From: Xylographa opegraphella
Lineage: Eukaryota
NCBI GenBank assembly: GCA_022813865.1
Contig: JALDZX010000073.1
Location: 1 to 64,000, forward strand
DNA length: 64,000 nt
Direction: 5' to 3'
Part shown: in pieces, positions 25,375 through 35,492 of the stretch
Layout of the letters: the number at the start of each line of letters is the position of its first letter
Position numbering within the stretch: the first letter of the stretch is position 1
The notes under the pieces: generated by a model
Seen by the model: only the letters and a program-made list of their open reading frames with translations
The model's database searches: none
Told to the model about the DNA's origin: nothing
Translations under genes and position numbers: made by a program

Positions 25375-27719
25375 TCACTGCGGCCACGATTGCTGAGGCT
25401 GGCCGGGTCGCGGGAAGACGGGTATTGTCTCCATTTGCTCGAGACCGCCCAAGGTGCCCTGGCTTGCTTGCCAGCCTTGGCCTGTTTGCTGGTTGACAAA
25501 GGCGCTTTGCCGGAAGGGGTTCGTGTTGCCGGTTGGGTTTGGCATTAAAGGTAACGTGATGGGGGTGTGTGATTGGGACTGCGGCGTTGAGCGCGCGAAT
25601 GGGTTTGTGCCTGTTCGCGTCGGCTGAAGGGGCTGTGCGGACTGTTGAGGTTGCATTTGTTGCTGGGGTGAAAGAACTGGTTGGGGGGATTGCATCGCTT
25701 GTGGGAAAAACGAGGACGTGGAAGAGGAGGGCATGGATTGCGTGTTTTGGACCGGTAGAGGCGAGTAAAACAGTGTCCCTTGTGCTGATGCAGGTTGCTG
25801 GGAAGCTAAGTGCCGCGCGAAAGGGTTGGTAGCTTGCCGGTTGAGAGGCGAGGTTAATGGTGTACCCGAATATGGAGGAGTTGTGGAGGCTGTGGGTTGG
25901 GGCATCATCGATTGTCGAAAGGGGTTCGTAGATTGTGGTTGCTGAGCTGCTGCGAAAGGGGACGATTGCTGCCCTGGAGAGAAGGGACTTGGTTGGGACG
26001 AGAACGAAGCAGCTTGCCCTTGCGGCATATTCGAAAGTGGCTGACTAAGTTGTTGCTGAATCTGCGTCGGCGGCTGAACGGTAGACTGTTGAGAATATCC
26101 CCCAAATCCAGCTTCAGTAAATTCGGACTGCATTTGCCGTGGCTGTGACTGTGGCTGTGGCTGTGGTTGTGGTTGTGGTTGTGGTTGAGGTTGTGGTTGA
26201 TACTGCTGAAACATTGTCTGTCCGAAAGAACTGCTCCCGCTGAAAGAACCATTCGGTTGCTGCTGTTGCTGATTCGGCATTCCAGTATAATTTGGTTGTT
26301 GGGCAAATGCTTGCTGTTGCTGATATTCATATTGAGGTACGGGCTGAAAATTTGAGATTTGCTGCTGCGGCTGAGCGATCATAGGCTGCTGATTTGCCTC
26401 TATCGACTCGAAGAAATCAATAAGATCCGGTGCCGGGCCCTTGAGCTCATTACTGGATGATGCCGCTTGAGGTTTCTCAGGCTTAGGAAAGCTTTGGCTG
26501 GAGGCTACATTGGTAGTACTGGTCTTATTGTTGTTGACTGGTGCACGCGTGCCATTGCTCGTAGACTTGCCGCTCTTCTTAGCTTCCTGCTGTGCTAAAT
26601 ATTGCCTTCTGTTAACCTCAAAATCAGGATCGTTAAGATATTCTTCTAGTGAAGCGGTCAAGCTCGTAGGCGCATGCTTCAGTTTGGGAATCTCAAGTCG
26701 TGTGGCGTTCTCGTATTGCCTTGCCACGCTGAGATATTCCACTACATCATTCGTCTGCTTACTGAAAGTCTTATAGATCGCCAGGGCTCGTTCGGCATCA
26801 TATTTGGACATTTCAAAATAGTGTTCTATGCTGATTTAGTTATAGCACCCAGCCTTAGGGATATTGTTTAGTTGCTACCTAGAACGTTGATGGTCCCTTC
26901 GTTCATGACATGATACAGTATCAGCAAGTCCATTGTAAGAAGGCGAAAGGCTGTTAGTGAAATCTCATTTTCCGGTTCCCTACTCAGCATCTGCACAAGA
27001 TTTGGTCAGTACACCATGTTTCTTCTATATTTTGGGACCATTACATCACATTTCAGCAGCGCTGCAATCTGCTTCTGTACACTTTCAGTCTCCCTGAGCA
27101 AGCCTTTATCGATGGTCTGCCTCTTGAGCCGGCCGGGACCCTCGCGAACCCAATCAAGCTTAGTATCTCTATAAGATTTTGCTCGTGATAGGATATAATT
27201 GTAGTAATGCCGGATGTTGCCTCCCTGTTCTTGCACTAACAAAGCAGTCCAGGTCAGCGAGCAGTCCAGAGCAATTCGTACTATAAGCTCATAACCCATC
27301 AATTTGCCCTTGTTGGATATTGGCCTTTTTGTATACCACTAGTTCTGATTTGATATATTCTTTTATGCACTACGTACCATCGGAGAAGTTACTAATAGCA
27401 AGCTTTGAAGGTGATTCGGCTAGGAATTTCAATGTGACGTTAGGCTCGCCCTCGCGAATCATCAAATGTACAATGATCAAGCCCTTAAATACTATGGTCC
27501 ATGTTGAATCTCGCAATCGATTGGTCAGTGTTCGGAATACCTCTGCTACCCCCGCTTCTCCAGCATGTGTGGCGATGAGAATATGCTCGACGTATTTCGA
27601 TTTGGGGGCAGCAAGCTGTTGCATTGTAAGTCAGCGCATGGCCACACCAATGCTGTGTGGTCTGGCCGTACCTTTATCTTCGTCCCACCTTTCACGGACT
27701 TCTCGAAAGAATTCGACAT
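25375..27719 (-). CDS. YAP1801: ANTH-domain clathrin assembly protein (AP180/CALM), multi-exon
   Basis: MSNSFEKSVKGGTKIK|LAAPKSKYVEHILIAT...RLRDSTWTIVFKGLIIVHLMIREG. Clathrin-box-like DLIDFF, several NPF motifs and a Q-rich tail. Confidence 0.93.
26140..26199 (-). repeat. Coding hexanucleotide microsatellite (PQ repeat) in the ANTH gene
   Basis: (TGGYTG)n on the + strand, encoding QPQPQPQP... Confidence 0.9.
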
Positions 27720-28262
27720 CGTTGCGTTTGCGCTGGAAGGTTTCCACTTTAATATGATAGACTCACAGCTTATAGAAGCAGAGCAGTCTCAGAGACGACT
27801 TTGAACGTGATTGCGACTATTCTCGCAGGTCGCCTTGCCATAGGCAGGTCGGACAATGGCTCATCTTTAGGTGTTGGTTCGACTGCTGTAATCGTGGTGC
27901 GTCAGAGTTGAGGCGGAAGAAGCCACTTGTTCTGGGGGTGCAGCGCAGGCGGCAGGGACATAAAAGAACGAAGCGCGCACCCCAAGGATATCCAGAGACT
28001 AAATGATCGTATTCATAGAACCGGAGTTCAAGCACTATTATGGAGGAGCTGTCATACAGAAAGACCAAGCCTATGATGAAATGAGACCAGAGCTAGATGT
28101 TCCCACCGCAGCTTGGCGGTCGGTACGACCTCGGAGCACAGATCGCAATCTCAAATTGGAGCTCTACTTCCGCCGTATTTCAAGCTGAAAGCGCTTAAAT
28201 TTTCCTATAAACAAAGCGATATATTGCATTGTGATGCTCAGAATACAGGATTTTAATTGGTA

Positions 28263-28595
28263 TCCCACCGGTTCCCTACAGTAATCTAATCCGGCCTCGC
28301 TCAGGCTGCGAGACTTCTACGAAACGGCATTTATAGCCATCAAAGATATTGGAGGTCTCTGATGAGGCGACGTACGAATTGGTGAACTTTGGCCCGCGAA
28401 CCTGTCGCCACATTGTTACGCCAAGACACACATTGGAAGCCTCAAAAGGCCAGTATGTTTGGTTGTTGACGCGGCCAAAGATGATCTGCCGTTTGACGAC
28501 CGCCAGAGATCGGAAAGGTCCGAAGATCCCCAATTTGCCATACGGGGATAGTATTGAACGGTATTGATCAGATCATGAGACAGCCCGACTTGGGA
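28263..28595 (-). ncRNA. Unidentified structured RNA candidate (closed multi-stem fold with pseudoknot)
   Basis: Stems found by eye: 28591-95/28263-67, 28566-75/28282-91, 28487-94/28322-29, 28470-80/28387-98, a crossing stem 28404-09/28366-71, and several hairpins. G-U wobbles mostly favour the minus strand. No credible ORF. Confidence 0.5.
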
Positions 28596-28743
28596 AGAAT
28601 TTGTTAATTTGAGTACATACATTGGACTATATAGGGGAAAGGAGGACAATTGTGGTCGAAAGTCCAAGAGCAACAATGACCATTGATAAAAGAAAGTGAA
28701 TAAGGGTTGAGGAGATCAGGGAAGAAGCCTTTCCAAGTCTTTA

Positions 28744-28994
28744 GGGTCAGAGATGCCTTCATCGCGTCCGTTGAAGTAACAAGGTGTGTGTGCCGAACGC
28801 CAAAATCACTCTCCCTCCACACCCAATCAAGCGAACCACTTAAGCCCCGTGAAGGGAGAGTTCGCAAGGTCGGGTGGGAGAGATCGCTGTCATATGTTAC
28901 ACGCTAGGCTTTCATCATCTGCACCTGTTAGCAACATCTACGATGATACATTGTTGAAGCGGAGAACTTACATTTTTAAAACTTGGAAGGATGA
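28744..28994 (-). ncRNA. SNR45: snR45/U13-type box C/D snoRNA (18S rRNA helix 45 ac4C guide), intron-containing
   Basis: 5' guide AUCCUUCC (28992-28985) is antisense to the 18S 3'-end GGAAGGAU, followed by AAGUUUUAAAA. C box AUGAUGA 28918-28912. Second guide ACCUUGUUAC (28785-28776) is antisense to 18S GUAACAAGGU. D box CUGA 28750-28747. Motifs AGCGAUCU and GGACGC match yeast snR45 as I recall it. Confidence 0.88.
28919..28971 (-). other. Spliceosomal intron (53 nt) inside the snR45 snoRNA
   Basis: GTAAGT donor at 28971, GCTAAC branch at 28932-28927, CAG acceptor ending at 28919 immediately before the C box. Confidence 0.85.
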
Positions 28995-29156
28995 AGAAGG
29001 AAAAGAAACAACTTTGGAGCGGGAAGATGAAATAGAGCTGTTGCTAGATAACTTCGGGACTAGTCTTGTGTAGAGCTCTTCAGCCTTATGTAGCTCGAGC
29101 TTGGGCAGGAGGCATTATTCTGACAACGATTCTGTCTGTTGTGCCTTGGAGCTCGA

Positions 29157-31348
29157 ATGCTGCTCTGCGTAGGCAAAAGAGGCTTTCATAAATACGAGTC
29201 ACTTTGCTCTAGCTATTTGGAGATTTCAAAATTCGTACGGGGTGAGAATCGTTTGGGCTCTCCGCGGCGATTTAATGGGCGGAGCAGTTGCGGAGGCCAT
29301 ACCTTGAGCCGGCGGTTGCATTACAGTCATCGATCACTTTCAAATGTCTCCAGTAAATCCCCAGAAGCCGAACTTTTTGATAAATATAAGTCGTCGCGTA
29401 AGGTTTTATGTTTCAGTGGTTGAACACGCTAATCATTGGAAAGTATCGTTCCCATCTGCCACTCATGAGATCCATAACCTCGAGCGACCAGATTTCCCTC
29501 GGCAAGAAGTAGTTCTGCATGGCTATCTAGGCTCGCGAGCGGATCTGTCAAAAAATCTGTATTTTGTCCCTCTTCTCAGCAAGGATCTCAGCCATAGTAT
29601 TCAGATTGTCTCTTCCGCCAAATCGATCGGAGGACGAGAACATCTCGCCCACGAAAAGCTGAAAACTCTCGACTCAAATACCCCTGTAGTGGTTAGGGGT
29701 TTGCTTAAAGTCCGAGTCCCGGCAGCTAGTAATGATCTTGGAGACGTGAAGAAAATCAAAACGCAGGAGGTAGAGTTATGGGATGTGCAACCTCTCAATG
29801 AGTTCCCGAAAGACATCGTTATTACTCCTGAGATGGTTTTTCCGCCTGAGTCACGGCATCTTCAGATACGGAAAGACAGATCGTTGCGGTCTGCACTCGA
29901 TTTTCGTTCACAAACTGCTACTATATGCAGAGATGTTCTTAGCAGAGACTTTGGCTTTACAGAGGTCGAAACTCCTGTACTGTTCAAGTCTACCCCGGAG
30001 GGGGCTCGTGAGTTCGTCGTACCTACGCGACGGAGAGGTCTGGCATATGCCTTGCCTCAAAGTCCTCAGCAGTTCAAGCAAATACTTATGGCTAGTGGTG
30101 TCTCCAAATACTATCAATTTGCGAGATGCTTTCGCGACGAAGATAGAAGAGCAGATCGACAGCCAGAATTCACTCAGGTTCGCAAGGGATTCCCTGGTTT
30201 GAAACAAGGCTGATAAGCTCCAGCTCGATCTAGAAATGTCATTCGTCAGTGGTGAAGATGTGATGGCATGCATAGAAATTCTTGTCAGGCGTCTATGGAA
30301 TGATATGCTGGATATCAAGCTACCCTCTCCATTCCCTCGAATGACCTACCACCAGGCAATGTCCACTTTCGGCTCAGACAAACCAGACATACGACTTGGC
30401 ATGGCAATACATAGAATTGGCCTTCTCTTACCCGCGGGACTTATTCGAATGGTAACTTCTCTACCAGACCCAATTCTCGAAGTAATGCTCTTCCAGTTAG
30501 GAGCGAATGATTCGAATCCAGGAACGACCAGGAAATTCATCAACGACTTTCTTGACTCCCCAGAAGGATTACAGTTTAACGACAACGTAGATGGTGGCCC
30601 TGGAATATTCGTGTATAACACAAAACAGCCCATGCAAGGGCTGGGGCCCTTCGGCTTTGAGGCTGCGGAGGAGATAGAGAGACTACTCGAACCCGAGCCC
30701 GGTGATCTGCTAGTGTTGCAAGCGCGGAAGAACGAAGATTTCTATGGAGGTTCTACCATGATTGGCAATCTACGACTAGCTCTACACAGAGCTGCCGTCG
30801 CTCAGGGTCGTGTGCCTGCTCCGAAAGGCTTTGAACCGCTTTGGATTACCGACTTTCCACTCTTCTCTCCCTCGTCGGCCTCTGAACCTGGACAGGGCGG
30901 TGCCGCGGGGCTGGCTTCAACGCATCATCCTTTCACGTCACCAAAATCCGCTGAGGATGTTGACCTCCTCCTCAGCGATCCTTCGAAGGTCATCGGAGAG
31001 CATTACGATCTGGTCATGAACGGCGTCGAATTAGGAGGTGGTAGCCGCCGCGTACATAATGCCGAAATGCAGAGGTACATTATGGAAAAAGTCTTGAAAA
31101 TGACGCCCGAAAGAGTCGAGGAGTTCTCACATCTGTTGGAAGCACTGCGAGCGGGCTGTCCTCCGCATGCTGGTATTGCACTTGGTTTCGATAGACTGAT
31201 TGCTGTCATGCTCGGGCGAGACTCCGTGAGAGACGTGATTGCTTTTCCGAAGAGCGGGAAGGGGGAGGATGTGTTGGTGAAGAGCCCCAGTGCGATTAGT
31301 GAGGATGTATTGAAGACGTATCATCTTCGGCTGCGTGAAGAGGAATGA
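29157..31348 (+). CDS. MSD1: Mitochondrial aspartyl-tRNA synthetase, 3 exons
   Basis: Motifs [64 protein letters not shown] and [15 protein letters not shown]. Basic N-terminal presequence. Introns at about 29398-29443 and 30178-30223. Confidence 0.95.
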
Positions 31349-31639
31349 GGCATTGACATCCATATTGAAGCTGCTTACCAATCTCCGTTGGTTTTCGAAA
31401 TACAATAGACGCATTCTAGCGGCACACGAGGGGTACGATATGGCAGTACAATATATAACATTGAAGTAACATCCAGCTGTCACAAGAGCACAATGCTCTC
31501 GCATGTACACCTGAATACTTGCCTCGTGAACTCATAATTCTTGTAGCTTCATTCCCATCCTCGCTATGCTAATCAGTCCTCCCTACATGTCCTGCCTTCG
31601 TCTGGCTTCCACCTCCATCCTCTCGTCCGTCTGCATCCC

Positions 31640-32361
31640 CTACCCCATCTTCGCCTTCGAAAAGTCCATCTCCGGATGCTGCTGCTGAAACTTGCGTAGC
31701 ATCTCCATCTTGCCCTCCTCCTCGCTCGTCGGCTTCCCCATCTCCTTCTGCCGCTGGTCGTACATCATCTTCTCCACCATCCCCCTGGTCTCCCCGTCCA
31801 GGTCGCTCAGCTTGCTGTTCTCCGGTGTGATTTTCGAGGTGTCGATCTTGGGCGCGGAGGTTATGACGTGCGGCCACCACTCCATCTTGTTGGACTTGTC
31901 GAGGTGGATGTCGATCACCTTACTGGGCTGCGCGTCGGCGGCGGATTTGCCGGACGGCGGCAGCGTGGTGAGCGTCCAGGTGGATTCGTCGACGTGGATG
32001 GGGTGCGGAAGGTCGCCCTGGAAGAAGTGAGCTTGCACTGACTGAGGTGGACAGAAGCCAATGATACAGCAGCGCCGACTCGGGGAGCCACGCGCATAGG
32101 ATGCTTTGCATTCAAATAGTAGAGCTAGAAACGTACATCTAATATCGGCTCCTGCCCCTTCACCCCCACCTTCAGCTTCGTCTTCGACAGCACGACGGTG
32201 AAGTCCTTTCCTTTGAGATTTCCAGGCACAGGCACGGTTATATCGAGGTCGCCAATGGTTTGGGTCCATTTGTAAGGGAGCTGGGATTGCTCTTCCTCTT
32301 CTCGCGCTTTCGCCTCGGCGTCTCTCTTCTCGCGCTTTTCGGGTGTAGGTGAGGTAGACAT
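31640..32361 (-). CDS. nudC: Nuclear movement protein NudC (CS domain), 2 exons
   Basis: LPYKWTQTI...|[16 protein letters not shown]...KMEWWPHV...[27 protein letters not shown]...[10 protein letters not shown]. Confidence 0.95.
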
Positions 32362-32788
32362 TGGGTTTCGAATAACTCTGGACGAGTAGGGAGTAGAATA
32401 ATTCTACCAGTCGTCTGTTCGGTACCATTGGTCGTTTGAAGCGCCCTCGTGCTGAGTTATACTCGGAGTGTGATTGAATATTCGGTTTTAACAGAACACC
32501 GATTGTTTAGCGTCACAATGCTCCATCTTGACTGATCACAAGAACGGATAGGCTTTACAGAACAACTAAGTAGAGTCGAATTAACTATGACGCGTAAGCA
32601 GTTAAATTCAACCGTTTCCTTTCACCTCTTCGAAGGCGGCCTAGAATGCTTATCTTTCTAGTAAGAGACTATAAATCCAAGTTTATGGACGGGAAATCTC
32701 GAGTTACACATTTGGTACACAGCGGTCTTGCGCTGCCTCTCTCTCTTTGTCAACCACAATATTACTCAAGTCGCAGTATCCCAATTTA

Positions 32789-34936
32789 TCAGGCGATGAT
32801 AGCAGCCGATGTGGTATCCTCTGCAGCTTTGGCGAAGCTGTTGGAACACAAAGCTGCCACACCAGCTCCATACATACTGACAATACAAGCCCTTGCCTTC
32901 GGTAACGAATTTGTAAGAATTACTATTCCAATCTCCGGTTCCGACGGAGAAGCTATCTCTGCTTCTGTCAGGTCACGGTGGCGAATTTGAACACCACCGT
33001 GGTACTCCTCAAGCCTTGCACGGATAACTGCGGCGAATAGCTTATCGGCAGGTTTAACCTCTTTTACTGGTCGAACCGGTTCAACCCAGGAAGTGAGTAC
33101 TGCGAGGTCGCCGTCGATAGGACTGACGCGATGGACAATTCGGCCGCGATCGCGATATGCTACAAGGACCCTTTGCGTGTCGTAGCCCCAGTCAGGTTCA
33201 ATGTGCGAAGAAAAATCTTCATCGCCACTGGGTGACTCTGCCAGTGACTGGCTTATAGTTTGTGGGATGCTCTGTGTTGTAACTTTGGGACACAGCTTTC
33301 GCAGACCAGATAGAATAATACCTCGAGAATTGCTTGGAATGCAGGATGCATCGATATCGAGAAGGAAGAACATACCGACCTTGTCTGGTGTATCTGCTCC
33401 TCCCATCAAGCCCGCTGTGACCAATGCTAACTTGCCAAGCACACCGACGGATCTGTTTTTGAGCGGTAGTAACTGTTCATCGTATTCGGCTCCAGCGAAC
33501 AAATATCCTATGAGCCTTATAATCTCAAATCTTGGGAATCTATGGTTGTCTGGATCTTTGGCCATTGTCAAACGCCTGCAAGCTTTTGCAACTTGGATGT
33601 CATTCCATCCCCAAGAACCGTAAGCCTCTTGGTCTGGAAGCTGAGACGTGTTCACGAGTGGCTGTAAAACCGTGTACCAGTAGCCAAGGAGAAAGACTTG
33701 AAGCTCAGCGAGACATTTCCTTGTGCCAGTCCCGAAATGGGAAATTTCTTCGTCGGTACTTTTGCTCATATTTACCTCTTCTAGCCAGAACCCAATCTCA
33801 TGACGAGATCTAGAGGGCCAGTTTCTTGTAAGCTTGGTAACGTACTGCGCGGCGCGAAGAGTTGGAAGAAGAAGAAAACTGTTCAATATTGATATGTCTT
33901 CCTCTCCAGCTCTTTTTTCAAGTGATTTTGCCGATTGTTTCGTAATGTAACACACGTCGATCTCTTCTTCATCCAGGGAATATCGATCCCCACTGACGAC
34001 CAGATCAACGCCCTCTGCTGCTCGAGCTCCATATGTGAAGATCGTTCGATACTGATTTCGTCGATTTCCATCACAAGGCCATAGCGATACACACTCCTTG
34101 AGGTCATTAAGAGGAATTCGCATCCCGCGTCTTTTGGTCGATTCACTTGCTTCTAGAGTCAAGGAGTGGAACAGTGGAAGTGAAGAGAACGATACAACTA
34201 AACGATTTTCGTCAAAGGCCCTCCCATCATAATCGATGACCAAAAGCTCAAGCCCTAGCTCGCTGAGAATTGCAGCAAGACACATGATATCCGTAGAAGT
34301 GGTTGTAAATCGACAACTCGGGCCAGAGATTATCCATGTCAGCAGACGAAGAATCTCCGGAGAGTCGGTTCCAGGTATCTCCCCTGGCAGATGTTTACCT
34401 TCTCGCGCAAGCCGCTGCCATATACTTCTGGCAGTGTGTGAAATACTTCGCACACATGCTGATGACCTCCAGCCCGTAATATGTTGCTGTGCTTCGTTGA
34501 GAAGATAATCTACACTGCCTGTAGTCTTATCACCAATGATATCCAAAAGCAACGATACGACCAGTTCCTTCAGTGTCTTCGAGCCGACCGCGGCATCAAG
34601 CGTGGCTATGAGTAAGCTCATGAACCAAGTAAAGCTATCCATGTTCTCCACTACACTCCCCGTGGATGAATGGGTTATAACATGCCGTTTTCCGTTCTTT
34701 AGCAGGACAAGCTTCTTGTCCCAACGATTATGAAGGGCGACGGTGTCGACTAAGCCTTTCCGCTGCAAGATATCTTCGGGTTCCAGAGCAAGGAAGTCAA
34801 GTAGAGCACGGTCCCGTCTCTGAGCCATAAGCCAATTGCCAACGAAGCGGCCAGCCCCTGCCATGACGGCTATATCGCCCGCGCCGAATCCCCAGCTCGT
34901 CAAGGTCATCGTTCCCGTGACGAAAGATAAAGCCAT
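32789..34936 (-). CDS. Hypothetical fungal protein (715 aa, intronless)
   Basis: Long uninterrupted ORF with globular composition. No domain recognised. Confidence 0.8.
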   Translation of the reverse strand: MALSFVTGTMTLTSWGFGAGDIAVMAGAGRFVGNWLMAQRRDRALLDFLALEPEDILQRKGLVDTVALHNRWDKKLVLLKNGKRHVITHSSTGSVVENMDSFTWFMSLLIATLDAAVGSKTLKELVVSLLLDIIGDKTTGSVDYLLNEAQQHITGWRSSACVRSISHTARSIWQRLAREGKHLPGEIPGTDSPEILRLLTWIISGPSCRFTTTSTDIMCLAAILSELGLELLVIDYDGRAFDENRLVVSFSSLPLFHSLTLEASESTKRRGMRIPLNDLKECVSLWPCDGNRRNQYRTIFTYGARAAEGVDLVVSGDRYSLDEEEIDVCYITKQSAKSLEKRAGEEDISILNSFLLLPTLRAAQYVTKLTRNWPSRSRHEIGFWLEEVNMSKSTDEEISHFGTGTRKCLAELQVFLLGYWYTVLQPLVNTSQLPDQEAYGSWGWNDIQVAKACRRLTMAKDPDNHRFPRFEIIRLIGYLFAGAEYDEQLLPLKNRSVGVLGKLALVTAGLMGGADTPDKVGMFFLLDIDASCIPSNSRGIILSGLRKLCPKVTTQSIPQTISQSLAESPSGDEDFSSHIEPDWGYDTQRVLVAYRDRGRIVHRVSPIDGDLAVLTSWVEPVRPVKEVKPADKLFAAVIRARLEEYHGGVQIRHRDLTEAEIASPSEPEIGIVILTNSLPKARACIVSMYGAGVAALCSNSFAKAAEDTTSAAIIA

Positions 34937-35492
34937 ATCTGAAAAGTGTCTAGATGGACGAATAATTATACAGAGGTCTTCCAGTCAGTCCAGCCACAGT
35001 CAGTCAGGACGACCAGTAGCCCATCTCTACGTGAGATGGGCTGCTGGCCCCGCATAAACAATGGTGTTTGCCTGAATTCTTAGCTGCAGCACACCACGAC
35101 AGCCTTGTTCTTGATGCCCGAAGTCGATCTTTGGTCCACACAGAACGCCGAGTCGAAGTATTTCTTGTCCGCCGGTGTGCCAAAGCTAGGAAGCAAGGCA
35201 CTCGGACCATTGATTTTCCGTGTTGGCGGTCTTTCAAGTTTCCCTCATCGATCGTCTTGCTGATTCGGTAGTATTCAATCACTCAGTCTAAGTAAAGCTC
35301 GCGTCATTAGAAAGAAAGAAGATGTATTTGTGGTCACGTCTCTCAGAGACAAAGTGAAAGCCGTGCGTAGTTACTAAGCTTTGTAATTGTGCTCTTTGCT
35401 TTGACGTCCTCAGGAGGTCTTACATTTTCGTTTTTCCTTCTCCGTCAGTACACTCATAACTAAGATATATTAATCTTGTCACAATCCTGTCC

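Noticed and set aside
28360..28410. CTGATGAG hammerhead-like core on the + strand
   Set aside because: No GAAA after stem II and no stem III or cleavage triplet.
28300..28545. Group I intron-like words (CAAAUUGGGGA, UCAGAGAC) in the structured RNA
   Set aside because: No proper Q or S elements or canonical P7, and the element is not in rDNA. The competing stems are stronger.
28551..28567. UCAAUAC-CGU-UCAAUAC (1.5 repeats next to a helix, upstream of a pseudoknot) as a telomerase RNA template
   Set aside because: The implied repeat GTATTGAACG is not telomere-like. The pseudoknot lacks U/A triple-helix tracts, and Pezizomycotina telomerase RNAs are much longer.
28511..28630. RNase P/MRP-like P4 pairing (GGTCCGA / TTGGACT)
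   Set aside because: Only about 110 nt apart, leaving no room for the specificity domain. The other conserved regions are missing.
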